Shown here: one piece after another, positions 50,967 to 52,026 of the stretch | Layout: every line of letters starts with the position of its first letter | Position numbering within the stretch: position 1 is the stretch's first letter | Assembly (NCBI GenBank): GCA_032718475.1 | Contig: JAUCBJ010006765.1 | Span: forward strand, 1 to 52,026 | Reading direction: 5' to 3' | Source of the DNA: Nemertoderma westbladi | Taxonomy: Eukaryota; Animalia; Xenacoelomorpha | DNA: 52,026 nucleotides | Made by a program: the position numbers and the translations under genes | The notes under the pieces: model-generated | Told to the model about the DNA's origin: nothing | What the model saw: the letters and a program-made list of their open reading frames with translations, nothing else | Database searches by the model: none

Positions 50967-52026
50967 AAGTAAATAGTTAATAACATTGCAATGTAACTAA
51001 TTTCATCACAAAGTATTGTAATAAAACTTGTTCGTTTTTGTATAAGAAGCGCCCCTATCTTTTATGGTAGATTATCCTTGTGCGATAGATTGTTACACTT
51101 TATCACCAATTCATTGACATACTTTATTATTATTAAGGAAATTCACGGGAAAGTAATTTTACCTTTATTTTTGCCATAAAAAGAGTAAATACGATGAGCC
51201 ACTAAAATTGAGTCGCAGTGTTTATATAGAATATCCTATAGGTTTTTCTTTTTTCAGAAGTCAAATATGCTGGAAAAAATTAAGGCATTTTTTTTCAAGT
51301 GCTCAAGAAAACATAGTGCTTAAAAGTATAAATTTTAGCTAACTGTTATAATATTTAAGAATTAAGTTAAAAAAGCAGTTGCTTGACAGTTGCTTGTATA
51401 TAATTTTATTGAATTACTTTGTGTTGGACCAATGGCAAACTGATTTACATTTCAGCCATTTTCTTCGAAAACTTACAATTATAAACGAAAAATAAGTAAA
51501 AAATGAAAATTGGCAAATTTCCTAAATTTTCCGGACTCCCTTCACTAATCCGTTGGGGGTGTTTCGGGTTGGAACCCTTAGAATATTTTGAGACAGGGGA
51601 ATAATAATAATAGTAATGTGGGACACGACGTAAAATCCCATCACGGCGAATTAATATTTCGTTTCCAATGTTAATTTTCCAATTTAGGGAAAGGAGCAGG
51701 TTACTAGAGGCACGTTATTCTAACCAAAACAATAAACGAAAGTCAATAGATCAGGTACAGTTTTTATTTTTTGGAGTAATCAGTTGTCATTTGCGGCGTT
51801 CTTCCGCTGGAGAGAAGGTGATTTTGATTGCGTCAACAGTTCCCCCCATATCTGGATTATTTTAGGGGTATTTTGCAATCACTGCTTTATGTTGATATTT
51901 CAATAGCCGAGAGTTTTACGCTGAGATTTTAGTATCAAAAAATATTCCCTTCCTCTTCACTATAACCAGTACGGGTCTAAAGTACATGATCTGCAAACCA
52001 CCGGAGCTTGTTTCTTCAAATAGGAG

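Overview
AT-rich, intron-containing animal (invertebrate-like) genomic DNA, not prokaryotic. By hand-splicing I can reconstruct: (1) a 10-exon minus-strand ERICH3/DUF4590-like gene with a C-terminal leucine-rich-repeat module (854-16205, about 865 aa); (2) an intronless two-repeat Myb gene (20534-21985, +); (3) eight exons of sorting nexin 4 (28015-42605, -); (4) an apparently intact 4.85-kb CACTA/EnSpm DNA transposon inside a SNX4 intron; (5) a frameshifted coiled-coil-like gene at the right end; plus LINE relics, MITEs and several tandem arrays. The most striking signal: the two largest arrays (40 bp x ~204 and 31-33 bp x ~104) are amplifications of an exon 3' end plus its own 5' splice donor, begin exactly at that exon junction in two unrelated genes, and place an in-frame stop before the second donor; further SNX4 intronic arrays also carry sense-strand donor motifs. 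The many Cys/Val-rich ORFs in the ORF track are artefacts of these arrays. A second signal is an excess of TA-(N3-4)-TA motifs that look like chained transposon excision footprints. All coordinates and counts were obtained by eye; gene names rest on recalled similarity, not on a database search.
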